From: Podarcis pityusensis
Taxonomy: Eukaryota
NCBI GenBank assembly: GCA_964106645.2
Contig: OZ067039.1
Length of the DNA: 64,000 nt
Reading direction: 5' to 3' (one strand)
Of this stretch, positions 52,201 through 64,000 are shown piece after piece. Made by a program: the position numbers and the translations under genes. Numbering within the stretch: the stretch's first letter is position 1; the number at the start of each line of letters is the position of its first letter. The notes beneath the pieces are model-generated. The model was not told where the DNA came from, ran no database searches, and saw only the letters and a list, made by a program, of their open reading frames with translations.

Positions 52201-53273
52201 GGGAAAATTTACATTGCTGGAATGGGAAATTCTGTATCTGTTACTGTTCCAGAAACAGCAAAATCCCCCAAAATAAATATTTGAAATAGCTGTTCCCCGT
52301 GTGTTTCTGGAGGATAGTGAAAATGATTACTTTAATATTTGCATTATTTTTTTTAAAAAAACAATTGATAATAGAAGTAAATGTGAAGCATTTTACCACA
52401 CACAGTAACCGATCCAATCTAACAGTGCAATGTTTTACACATCTATTCAGAAGGAAGCACCACTAAGAACAAGGATACTTTCATGTCCTATTTGTGGGTT
52501 TCTCATAGACATCTGATTGGTCACTCTGGGAATCTAAATACTGGACAAGATGGCTTAGACTGCATAGAACTGTAGCCTAAAATAATCATATACACACTTA
52601 CTGGGAATAAATTCCATTTATATCAATGGGTATTAATTATAAACAAGCATGCATAAGTTTGTACTGTATTTTTAAAAAGCATATAAATATTGAAATTATA
52701 CATTTGTAAACATAAATATATAAAGACAAATGGGGTCTGCAACAAAATGTTGCAGTATGGAGTGCTTCTGTTCAGAGTTGCAGAAACTCTATTCCATTCC
52801 TTCTCCAATGCAGTTTGCTGTCCACCCGGCTTTACAGTCAACATTACATGGTCATTTATGCCCAGCCCTCATTAGACTGCTTTTGGTCCTGCTCTTAGGG
52901 TCGTCTCCTAAAGTTTGCACTTCTGCAAACCTTGGGGCTCTCCCAAGCCTAGTGATACCTACCTCCTGTGAATGGGTGCTGACATTTTGGCTACATAAGC
53001 AATGGTACTCACAGCCTGAATACTGCAAATAGAGGTAATGATAGCCATGATTGTAAAGGAGTGATTCATGGGGCAAACAACAAAAGACTGTAATGGGAGA
53101 GTTATGTTTAGTTTTTAGTTAAAAGACTTCCTTCCAATAGCATAGTCTTTTAAAAAATGGATTTCGAATGGAGTCCTAATTTTAGCTTATTTGAAGACCA
53201 TGCAGCACGACATATAGGTCAGAGAGACAGTAAAAGGTGATTCTGTGGGATATATTTATTCTGAATGTATTTA

Positions 53274-53491
53274 CAGTGGTACCTCGGGTTAAGTACTTAA
53301 TTCGTTCCGGAGGTCCGTTCTTAACCTGAAACTGTTCTTAACCTGAAGCACCACTTTAGCTAATGGGGCCTCCTGCTGCCGCCGGAGCATGATTTCTGTT
53401 CTCATCCTGAAGCAAAGTTCTTAACCCGAGGTACTATTTCTCAGTTAGCGGAGTATGTAACCTGAAGCATAAGTAACCAGAGGTACCACTG
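53274..53491. mobile_element. Mariner/Tigger-like MITE
   Basis: CAGTGGTACCTC TIRs with TA TSD; same family as 18506-18727. Confidence 0.9.
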
Positions 53492-55144
53492 TATTTAAGA
53501 ATGTAAGCAAAATAGTCTTTTATGAAGTGAAAGGTGTCCGGCTCTTCATGTTTTTGTATCTGCTCAAAAACCTGAGTCATCTGAATTCAGACTGAAAATA
53601 ACACGATTCATTTTCTCCTTTGCCATACTCCAGTCCAGCTGTTTTCAGTTTATTTCACTTGAACCAAGAAGGCTGTTTGCAAGCTCAAAACTTGTGTCTG
53701 TAAAATTCCCAGCCCATTTCCCCCTCCTAAGTCAGTAGGAACTAGAGAACCTCTTGTTCACCAATGAAATCCAACCAAAAATGATTCATGACAAGTTGAA
53801 ATATATATCATCCTATTCAGCATAAACAGATTCCTTACTACTACAGAAACCATACTAATTTAGAAACCTAATCTATATTATTTTCCTAACTTGGACTAAA
53901 TAGTATGTCTGCAGTAATGTAATAGGATTCTTTATGCTTAAATGGCACTGCTTTATGTACCTTAGAAAAGCATTTGCTTTGAATACAGCCTCTTTAAACA
54001 GTAACCACATGTGTATAAGTATAGGATATTTTAGGTATTGTTGTAAACCTAAATGAAGTAGGAACAAAATGGATCCAGGCAATGACCACACAATGAAAGG
54101 CCAGCAACTGAGAACTGGGCTGGGTTTGTCTTACACTATGGAATTATGAAGAAGTAAACATGATAAAGCATTCTCTGATGTGGATCCCCCAGCAACCTAT
54201 GGCCCAGTCCTATAAGCCGCTGTGCAAAATCAGATCATAGAATCCAGCCCAAGGATTGTAGCACCAACCAAAGGCAGACTTAAATTCTGCTGGAAATTTC
54301 TATTCCATACCACAGATGAACCCTGACATATGTGAAATGTGTATTAAGTAAATTTTAACTGCAAAGATGAAGTGTGCCTTTCTTCAACAATGGAAAAGCC
54401 ACAGCCTATCTGCCCCAGCCCCCCAAAAAATTAAGAGCAAGGAACAAGACTTCTAGACAGGGTTGAGCAGCAACTTTTTCTCTTAGAAACTATAAATCAG
54501 GCTACAGGAACAGAGCTGCCATCTTAAATTCAATATGAGTCATGAAGCCAAGTAGGAGGGTGAAGATTACAGAAAACAACACGAAAAATATATTCTTTTA
54601 CAAAATGAAAACCAATATTTATTCAAGAGTCCCGATGCATTTCAAACCAAAACATTTCTTCAGAGCAGTTCATTGCAATTCACATGTCCAGAAAGCAGAT
54701 CTGTCTTTTGACAACCTGAATCCCCCTGAAGAAACAGGCTGTGACTCTTGAAAAAACACCGGCTTACACCATTTTGAATTCCCCCTTTTGTCCTTGTCCT
54801 TAAATTTAACCCCAATTCTTGTAAAAGAATATTTCTTTGCACCCTACTGTGCCACTGTTTTTCCTTTAGGCCTTGTATGGCACAGTTGTGTTGTAATACT
54901 ACGTCACATATTGACATGTGATCATCAAGCTGTTCTCTGATTTCTAACAGCCACAAAACAATTCTACAACAGAATGGCACACATATTCTACCTATTTTTG
55001 AGACCTTCAAGCACAACCATTTTAAAAGGATTGTTTGTTCCCATTTGTAGAATTACTTCAGTTCTCTTGGAAAGAAACTTGTTTTGCAAAGAGAACAAGT
55101 GTTAGCAAGCATGGCACAGATTCTAAGATAACATACGCATGCTA

Positions 55145-55491
55145 AAAAGGTAAAGGGACCCCTGACCATTAGGTCCAGACCGACTCTGGGGTTGCAGCGC
55201 TCATCTCGCTTTATTGACTGAGCGAGCCGGAGTACAGCTTCCAGGTAATGTGGCCAGCATGACTAAGCTGCTTCTGGCAAACCAGAGCAGTGCACGGAAA
55301 TGCCATTTACCTTCCTGCCGGAGCGGTACCTATTTATCTACTTGCACTTTGATGTGCTTTCGAACTGCCAGGTTGGCAGGAGCAGGGACCGAGCAACAGG
55401 AGCCCACCCCGTTGCGGGGATTCAAACCGCCGACCTTCTGACCAGCAAGTCCTAGGCTCTGTGGTTTAACCCACAGCACCAACCGCGTCCC
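55145..55491 (-). mobile_element. Sauria SINE, near full length
   Basis: Same family as 48947-49240; 12-bp TSD ATAC(G/A)CATGCTA (55133-55144, 55494-55505). Confidence 0.9.
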
Positions 55492-58099
55492 TTATACACA
55501 TGCTACTATTAGTCAATTGGCTGAAAAAAGATATAGCTGAAAGTAGGGAAAAGGTTGTTTGCTGTACATGAGATGGTAGTCAATGAATACTCTAATTTCA
55601 TTGTGTGTTTTGGCTTTAAAAATAAAATTGATAGTGTGGGATTGATTGTAAAACCAAGCACAATGAGCATGTATCTATTCAAGGATATCATCACCTTTGT
55701 TTGTTATTTTATGTTGCTACTGTTTGTGGGGGTTGATAGTGGTACTCCACAATGAGCATCTGGCACAGTAAGGAAGTGCGTGTGGAGTTTATCACAGTCC
55801 CTTTGTGATGGCTGGAGCTTAGGTGACAGCAGCCTTGGTGGATCAGGGCATAATTGTATGCCAGCTGCAAATTTTAATGGTTTGAGCATAGTGAATGATT
55901 CTTGAGTTCATAGTGTGTGGAGATGGGTGAATGTAATAATCTTTACCTTACTTGTTAGCTGCTGTATTGACAGTACTATTTTATCATCTATAATTATTTA
56001 TAATGGTTTTAATGATGTTTGTTAATTATGCACAGTGCTATTTTTCTATTAAAAGGGGTGCCAGCACTCACCATGAACACCTCCCTTGTTCTCTAAGAAT
56101 GGCAATGGCGCCAACCTGAAAGGTGCTCTAACTGAATTTCAGTGAGTTCTGGCTGGAAAAAAACCTTGATTATATAGGCAGTGACCATTTTAGGCGCATC
56201 CAATTGATGCACAGGTCCTTTTGAACCCAGAAGAAGGCGGAACAGGGAGGAACATGCTTATATGCGCTCTGCCAGTGCACGTGGGGGCCAAGTATCTAAG
56301 ATGTGGTTTAACTAAGATGTTATGTTACATTGCTGCTGTTTATCATTTGTAAGACATCTTGGAATACATTGTATGGAAAGTGGCAGAGAAATACAATAAA
56401 TCAACCATATTGTATCAGTCAATCATGAACACAGGTCTGCACAGCTTAAAGGCCAAGAGTCAATTGCTCCCCCCAATTTGTCTGTTTATGCTACTTCCAA
56501 AGGAAGTCTTATATTCACTGTCTGTGTTCCTTTTTCACTGTTGGTAAGAAAATCTAATTCATCATATGTGCTGGAGGGAACAGAATAATGCCTCATCACT
56601 GTTTTTGTAGCTTCTCTGGCATGAGTTAGAAGTTCATGGCTGAGTTACCTTCAGTTTTTTCATCACAATGCAGCCAGTTCTATTGAATGGTCTAGCTATG
56701 CTCAAACCCCCTTTGCTGGTGTGGAGTCCTACAGACTGAATGGCTTGTGTGTTGCTGCTGCTCAAGTTAAAAAAAGAGGAGTGGAGATAAGGAGGAACTG
56801 GCTGAGAAAGGATGCTCCAGAGGGCCCTGTGGATGAATAGCAGAAAAAAGGAGAACAAAAAACAGGGTTGCAGTGTTCTCTTGACAGACGAACAAACAGC
56901 ATGGGATAGAAGAGATAGAAAAGGAGAGGAAATTAACAGAGTGGTTCAGAAAGAGAATATTTTTATGGGGTGAACATAGAAAAAGAGTGTTAAAGGAGAA
57001 TGTATTAAATAACTTGCAAATGATTTTTTTTAAGCAAAAAAATGTGGTGCTTTGGATATAGCAAAAATATAAAAATTGCATTCAGTGTGATCTGAGCTTT
57101 GTACCCTGCTTTAATTTAACAGAACCAATACTTAATGCCATTAAAAATATTATACACAAGTGATAATTTTTCCTTTTCTAATTGACACTGGGAGTCACTG
57201 GGCATGCTCACTCCACTTGACAGGTTCCCCTGTTTTAATGTTTTGCACTTTTGCATTCTTCCAGAACATATCAATACATTAATCATGCTTCTTTGTGGCA
57301 TCATTTTGGCTCCAGTCTTAATGACATTCAGCTATGAGAAGGAATGACATTAACTCTCAAGGCAGCAATTTAAAAATTCATTTCACAGTAGAATTTTGAG
57401 GGGTTGCCGCCTCTTCCTCCTCGTTTGTGCTTCATGCTGTTGCCTCTCCCCCCCCCCCCCATATTTCACTGGCTCCCAAGTCAATAGCTGGTTAATCTTG
57501 TATGGTTTTATAACATTTACGTATGGAAATGTTGCAAAATCATATAAGATTATCCAGCAATTGGTGCATATTCCATTTGCTATCAGCCAGAGATTCTATT
57601 TTGATATAGTTTTAATTCTTGCATACATGTGTTAAATAAATATATGCAGTGCATTTATACCTTGATTTCATTTGTTTACTTGCCTTCAAGCTGGGCATCA
57701 TCTTTGCAATGTAACACCCAAAAAGCTGTCTAGCACTTAAGGAGATTGCAAAATATTATTATTGTAATTTGCTAAATCTCTGAAGATGTGTTTCAAACCA
57801 TTCTCAAATGCACATGCTTCCTTAAAAAAAAAAAGTCAGAATGACTATACAGCACTAAATCATTATTTGGAAAGGTCTAAGCAGACATGTTTTATGATCT
57901 CACATCTTAAGTATTGTTTGTTTGATTCAGATCCTTTCGCAATGAAGCACTGGGTGGAAAATTATTAAAATATGCTCCAAGGAATGGCTTGATTTATAAT
58001 GCGGCCTTTCCTTTTATTTAATAAAACTTTTTGGAGTTTAAAACATAGCCAATTAAAAAATATTAATTTTCATTAATGAATTTCTATATAAAATTAACA

Positions 58100-58104
<5 letters not shown>

Positions 58105-58133
<29 letters not shown>
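58105..58133. repeat. (AC)n microsatellite
   Basis: Direct. Confidence 0.95.
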
Positions 58134-58135
<2 letters not shown>

Positions 58136-58997
58136 TGTTATTTATTAAAAATTTACTGAATTCTTAACGTATTATTACTTAATATTTTAAACACATTAAT
58201 TTTTTTAGCACAGATCTTCCTTGCCTACTTAACAGAAATGTCCCAAATGTCTCCAAAACAAAAGTGACAAAATTTACCACTTTTGGTTGTTTGAACCATA
58301 ATTCAAGGCAGTATCAGATATATATGGGAAGGAGGAAAAAGGTTTTCATTCTTATTTCAGAACTATTAAAAAAACTTTTCAGTGAATTGCTTTAAAATGA
58401 AGGGGGCAGGGAATCACATTTGCTGATCATTTGTTATTATCCATTTTAATCCAGACATGATGTGAATCTTGGTTATACATGTGTTTCAGGAATGCAGTCA
58501 TATTTTCCTAGCATTCAAATTGTAGTAATTGTCTCTGTGGACAACTAGTGACAGCATCATAATGTTGATTGTTGTTTGGAACAGGGTTGTACAAGTGCCA
58601 TGGGGACTAACTGAATTGTTCCTCTGATATCACTGATAACTTTCAAGGTGTTTTGTCACCCTGCCACTAGAAGGGATTTTCACAGGAGCTGAAAGAGCCA
58701 AAGACAAAGAGCCTTCCAGCAAAGTCATTGTGTAAGAGGACAATGCACAATTAAATCCCCCCCCTGCCCTGCCCTCTCAAATCTGCTACCTCAACCCTTC
58801 AGAGCAGATATTTTTTACTAGGTTGCTGATAGTCTAACATGTCTGTGTGCTGCCAGAGCTTCCTTTGGCTGTTATGTTTGTTTGCTTGCTTAGTTTTATG
58901 ATGTAATATAATTAATTTGTGTTTTTAATAATGTTGCAAGTTACTTGGAGACTTTTGTGAAATAAGTGACTAACAAGAGTAATAGATAGTAATAGTT

Positions 58998-59043
<46 letters not shown>
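58998..59043. repeat. (AAC)n microsatellite
   Basis: Direct. Confidence 0.95.
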
Positions 59044-59077
59044 GACTGTCAGCTCTTGTGCAAAACCCATTTCAGTA

Positions 59078-59312
59078 CAGTGGTACCTTGGTTTTCGAAT
59101 TTAATCCATTCCAGGTGTCCGTTCAACTCCTGATATGGTCCAAAAACCAAGGCGCGGCTTCCAATTTGCTGCAGGAGCTTCCTGCACCCAATCAGAAGCC
59201 GCGGAAGCCACAGAGGGCGGTTGGCTTCCGAAAAGCGTTTGCAAACTGGAGCACTCACTTCCGGGTTTGCGGCGTTCAGGAGCCAAGCTGTTCAAGTACC
59301 AAGGTACCACTG
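59078..59312. mobile_element. Mariner/Tigger-like MITE, second internal type
   Basis: CAGTGGTACCTTGGT / ACCAAGGTACCACTG TIRs, TA TSD. Confidence 0.85.
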
Positions 59313-61272
59313 TACATTGAAATGAACATTCATATTTATGATTACAATAAAAACCAATTGTACTGTTGAACAAGCCTAGATTCATTAGCTAGCAGCATAT
59401 TGACTACACAAGGGCATAACATGTTATGCTTATACTTAAATTTGTATGTCAGACAGAGGACCAGATCTAGTTCACAAGCTTATATGCTGACAGACCATAG
59501 CAGCTATGGTTAATTACTGCCTGGGGTCAAAGGAGCAGGGGACACAGACTTGCTGACAAAGGGAAGGGCAAAAGTTAAGTAATGTAAAAGACTTCTTCAT
59601 GCATTTGTATCCATGCCCTTCTCCAAAGGAACACAAAGTAGCATACATCTAGTTTCCAGGCCATCTTACTTCCAGGCCAAATACTGGTTAGCTTCAGAGA
59701 TGGAATTTCCAGAGCATGTTCTGGGACTTGCTGTTCTTGATACACAGTCAGAGTAACTCTGTATTTAGTTATGGAATTCTCCCTACAGTCAGAATATTGA
59801 AGGACTATTTTTATCCTTTCTTCTTCAACCTGTTTTTATATTACTTGTTTTCAACATTCCTGCAGCTCTAGAATTTTTCATTCAACTACCAGAAAATGGT
59901 TTCTGCTTTCTGCCATTGGTATTAACATGTGCTCATATTCTTTGCATCACTGAACTATTTCTAGCTGGATAGCTAGACAAGGAGATAACTGATCTGCCAA
60001 CATGTCTTTTAAAAAAGCAAAGCAAAGCAACATGAATATTGGGCTTGGACAGTCTTTTGCACATACCAAACACTAAAAACATATGCTACTCCTGGATTCA
60101 TAAAAAACAGAACTTAATTCCAAGGGCAGGAAAATTACTCATTTTTATATACTCTGCATCCATTTTTTTATAAACCACAAGGGTGGAAAGGTACTTTACA
60201 ACTGAAATTTCTATCAGACATTCATCTGTTCATGTTCTGACATCACAGTCCTTGGTACTTATAATGCAAACAAAACACCAGGCCAATAGTTCAGATTGTA
60301 TTCTCATTGACTGGTGTATAAGTAAAAAAAAATACTGTCCATGCTTATTGGAATTATAATGAAATTCTATAAATACAGATGAGATCAGAATTGGCCCACT
60401 ATTCTAACTTACTGCAACTTACAATTCTTGAAACTAGATCTGCTTAATACCATCTGAAGTGAGATAAAGCCCCCTAACTAGTTCAAACTAGTTTTCTCCT
60501 TCAGAAATCAGGGGTAACTGAAAGGGAGGTGCAAAATTACAGGGAGGAAGAGGTTCCCGGGGCAGTTAGAGCCACTCTTTCCCTATGAGCTAAGAACTAG
60601 GGGGACTGAATGGCACACCTTGGATGTGTGAGAATGTATGCATCCCTGGTACCCACATCATCCCAATTTGATTTGGGAAGAAGGAAGATCAGTTTTTTCT
60701 AACAATAGTCCCCTGTTTTAGGAGACCGGAGATGTCCTACTCATCTATACTGTGTTGGATAAATAACTCAATCCATAATATTTTCCTGCATCAGGAAGCT
60801 GCCCATAAGGATCTCTGTGTTAAACAGATTAGTATGGGGGTGAAGGGGTATAAGGTAGAGTGAGTTCAGAAGGGGCTAAATTCAGAATGTCTGAGAGGCA
60901 TTACACATCCGATATCCAGAAAGGCATTATGTTTTCAGCTACCTATAATGTGGAAGTAAATGAGTTGTCTTCAGTTTTTGGAAGAGCAGTAATATTTATT
61001 TATTTCACAGGATAGCTGCTCCTTATGTTGCTCTTATGTTTATTATGACATTTTATTATTATTTTGCTCTTTTTTGTGAACTTGGTTTCCTATTTTATTT
61101 ATCTAAGATTTGTACTGTGAAAAGTACTTAGGAGCCTTACTGGATTGAAAGGCAGTATGTAAGTTTCAGAATAATGCAAGCTAAGTATTCCTGATTCCTT
61201 TGATGAGAATGTATAGTTCACAGGAAGTAAATCAAGCCCAGCTCTACCAGACTCAGACTGAATTTGTTACTA

Positions 61273-61518
61273 CAGTCATACCTCAGGTTAAAGTTGCTTC
61301 AGGTTGAGCGTTTTCGGGTTGTGCTCAGCGGTGACCTGGAAGTAATGGAACATGTTACTTCCGGGTTTCACCCCTTGCGCATGCACAGATGCTCAAAATG
61401 ACATCACGCGCATGCACAGAAGCGGCGAATTGCGACCTGCACAGATGCGGGTGGTGTTCGCTTCAGGATGTGAACGGGGCTCCAGAACAGATCCCATTCG
61501 CATGCAGAGGTACCACTG
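61273..61518. mobile_element. Mariner/Tigger-like MITE, third internal type
   Basis: CAGTCATACCTC / GAGGTACCACTG TIRs, TA TSD. Confidence 0.8.
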
Positions 61519-62619
61519 TATTTAAAAATTTATTAACATTCAGCTTTCAGTTTATAGTTTATAGTGCTAAGCAGTATAAATTGAAAGAAAGAAAAAAGAT
61601 TAAAGCAGTTAAGACTATTTTGTGAGGAGTATTTTGGTCTAGTACATTCTTAACTTTAACCTCCACCCACTCCCCCCAAAAATCAGTTTTTTAAAAAGGT
61701 ACCCGGAATTTATATTTTATCCATAGAAATATTTTCCAGTTTACAATGTAAGAGGCTTTATGAGAAGTTGCTCAGAAAAACTAAACTGCATAGTCTCTTC
61801 TAAAATACTGAACTTGAGTTTATCAAATAAATATGTCCTTCAGATTCCACCAGTTGCGCTGTCAGCTTTCTAAATCCTAGAAGTCCTCACCCATAATATA
61901 TTTGTGACTGGACAATAATGATTATACAATCAAAGCTTTCTATCATAATGTGTGTAAGCCTATTTTTCAGGTACTGAGTTCGGGAGAAAAAATGGATCTG
62001 AACAGCAGCCATCTGAAAAAGTCCCAAGACCCCTACATGGTCTGGCCCTCCAGGCAAGAGAGAGAACCTGTATATGTAGTGACATGTCCTTTCCAGGAGG
62101 ACTTTTCCATCATGAGCATCTATCTGAGGGATAAGATGGAACTAAAGGCTGGAGAAGATAGTTAAGACAATTTCTCAAAAGACAGTCCAGGGAGATGTGG
62201 CAGATAATTAGCAGTTCTGATGGGAATAAGAAAATAAAGAAAAGCCTGTAAGAAAGGTGAGCAGGCCAAAACATGCCAGTGCAAACCATGGGGAAGAGTT
62301 TTTGTGCTGCACAAAGTCTGCTAAAACATGGATGAGGTTTGAGGGTATAATCAGAGTGGGATGGGGTGAAGAAAGGCAAACCAATAAACGTGATTTAGGT
62401 TCTAGGAGCTGTTAACAAAAGCAGTGGCTCAGGGAGTTCCATCCCTCACTCCTCCATACTCCATTTCCCTTCCTCAGACTAAATATCCTATTTATCTATT
62501 TGTCTCCCATCTAACTGGGATTCAGTTAGTAATTAGCAACTGTTATTCAGAGGCATACCACCTCCAATAACGCAGTTCGTATATAGTCATGGTTAGCAGC
62601 CAGGATAACTTTATCCTCC

Positions 62620-62696
62620 GGCTCCCTCACCCTGAAAGCAGAGATGAGCACCACACCCCACAGTTGAATTCAATTGTATTTAACCGTCCAGGGATC
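62620..62696 (+). mobile_element. 5'-truncated Sauria SINE inside CR1
   Basis: GGCTCCCTC...GAGATGAGCACCACACCCC...GGGATCCTTT; TSD CTTTATC(C/A)TCC (62609-62619, 62697-62707). Confidence 0.7.
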
Positions 62697-63009
62697 CTTT
62701 ATCATCCATTAATTTACCTAAACCCTTTTAAAGTCATCCAAGCTGGTGGCCATCACTACATCTAGTAGGAGTGAACTCCATGGTTTAACTATGTGCTGTG
62801 TGAAGAAGTATTTCCTTTTGTCTGCCCTAAATCCTCCAACATTCAGTTTCACTGGATGCCCCTGACTTCTAGTATTATGAGAAATATATTTCTCTTATCT
62901 AATTACACACAATGTATAATTTTATACACCTCTATCATGTCCCATCTTACTTTTCTACTAAACTAAAAAGTCCCGAATGTTTTAGCCTTTCTTCATAGTG
63001 GAGTTGTTT

Positions 63010-63215
63010 TTGTTGTTTAGTCATTTAGTTGTGTCTGACTCTTCATGACCCCCATGGACCAGCACGCCAGGCACTCCTGTCTTCCACTGCCTCCCGCAGT
63101 TTGGTAGCTTCAAGAACACTGTCCAACCATCTTGTCCTCTGTTGTCCCCTTCTCCTTGTGCGCTCAATCTTTCCCAACATCAGGGTCTTTTCCAGGGAGT
63201 CTTCTCTTTTCATGA
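63010..63215 (-). mobile_element. Bov-B (RTE) LINE 3' end inside CR1
   Basis: CTCAATCTTTCCCAACATCAGGGTCTTTTCCA...CATGAGG signature, (CAA)n tail, TSD GGAGTTGTTT (63000-63009, 63216-63225). Confidence 0.85.
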
Positions 63216-64000
63216 GGAGTTGTTTACCCTATTATTATTTTGCTTGCCCTTTTAAATTTGCAAATATTCAGATAATAACTAGACTAATATGAAATAATGT
63301 GACTGTAAACATGTTAACCCTATAGTTAAATCCTTAAATGGAATCATGCCTCTATCCAATAGAAAAGCCTCCTTTAACTCAGTCTATGTAAATGAAATAC
63401 CAATTTGACCCTTCTCCAATAAGGCTCTTTACATTCAAATATAGGCACATGGAAGAATAAAAAAATTAAATCTCTTTCGAAAGCTGATGTAGGTCAAGGT
63501 CCAAAGATGTTCCTGGGTGTCTACAAATGTTCTCCACAAACCTAGACTTTCCTAAATTCCCTTTCTGTCCAAAGCTCCTCATGCTGTATAAAAAGTTAAG
63601 TATTAATGGACTATGATGAGAGCTTGTGGTCCCAAAAGGAGATTCTAAGACCTTGCCCATGTAACTCTTTTGATCATATCAATTACAGGTTAGTATCAAA
63701 TAGCAATGCACATTATTTTTCCGCAGCACAGAATGTGTCACAACTGGAATGTGAGCTCTAGACAGGTCTTCGTAATCAAGTTTGACATTGTCTTCAAAAA
63801 CTGTTTTGAAGTATTCCAGCTCAAGGTGATGCTGACATTGCACGGATACACTTGTGGAAAACTGAACAAAATCTTTCTTGTCCCACCTTAAATATGCCCA
63901 GTTTCATGTAAACTGAAGTGTCAGCATGAAACCATGCTGACATTTACTTTGCAAGGAAAAATAGGGCTAAAGAAACTTGTTAAAATAAGGATGAACATTT

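Larger units (their letters stand above)
62545..63250 (-). mobile_element. CR1 LINE 3' fragment interrupted by two younger insertions
   Basis: Lizard CR1 3' region (ggccatcactacatc...tgtgaagaagta.ttccttttgtctg); continuity is restored when the inserts are removed. Confidence 0.75.
39644..64000 (-). other. CENPP: Part of the large CENPP intron (hosts the ECM2/ASPN/OMD/OGN cluster in other amniotes)
   Basis: No further CENPP exon found up to the window end; the synteny expectation is prior knowledge. Confidence 0.7.

Noticed and set aside
39644-64000. Expected nested ECM2/ASPN/OMD/OGN exons
   Set aside because: No signal peptide, vWC or LRR coding sequence found; these genes probably lie beyond the window. 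A non-coding first exon cannot be excluded.

Overview
Vertebrate genomic DNA; the repeat content (Sauria SINE, Bov-B, lacertid-type CR1/L2 and Mariner MITEs) points to a lacertid lizard. The window holds the complete 13-exon IPPK gene (inositol-pentakisphosphate 2-kinase, + strand, CDS 5458-32943, 1467 nt = 488 aa) with a CpG-island promoter. Tail-to-tail with it are the last three coding exons of CENPP (- strand, 35806-39643), followed by about 24 kb of the large CENPP intron that in other amniotes hosts ECM2/ASPN/OMD/OGN; I found no exons of those genes here. Almost all long ORFs in the supplied track are spurious. Best observations: (1) a ~750-bp piece of IPPK intron 11 copied 11 kb away into the CENPP intron, flanked by a 28-bp target-site duplication and with no poly(A) tail; (2) back-to-back AATAAA signals 14 bp apart, a probable bidirectional IPPK/CENPP terminator; (3) a GC-AG intron in IPPK; (4) RKK->RDK at IPPK residues 41-43, plus an in-frame Arg-rich upstream extension; (5) a degenerate BICD1-C-terminus-like terminal exon at the window start, where the BICD2 3' end is expected; (6) nested retroposon insertions. 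Homologue comparisons and repeat names are from memory, not from searches.
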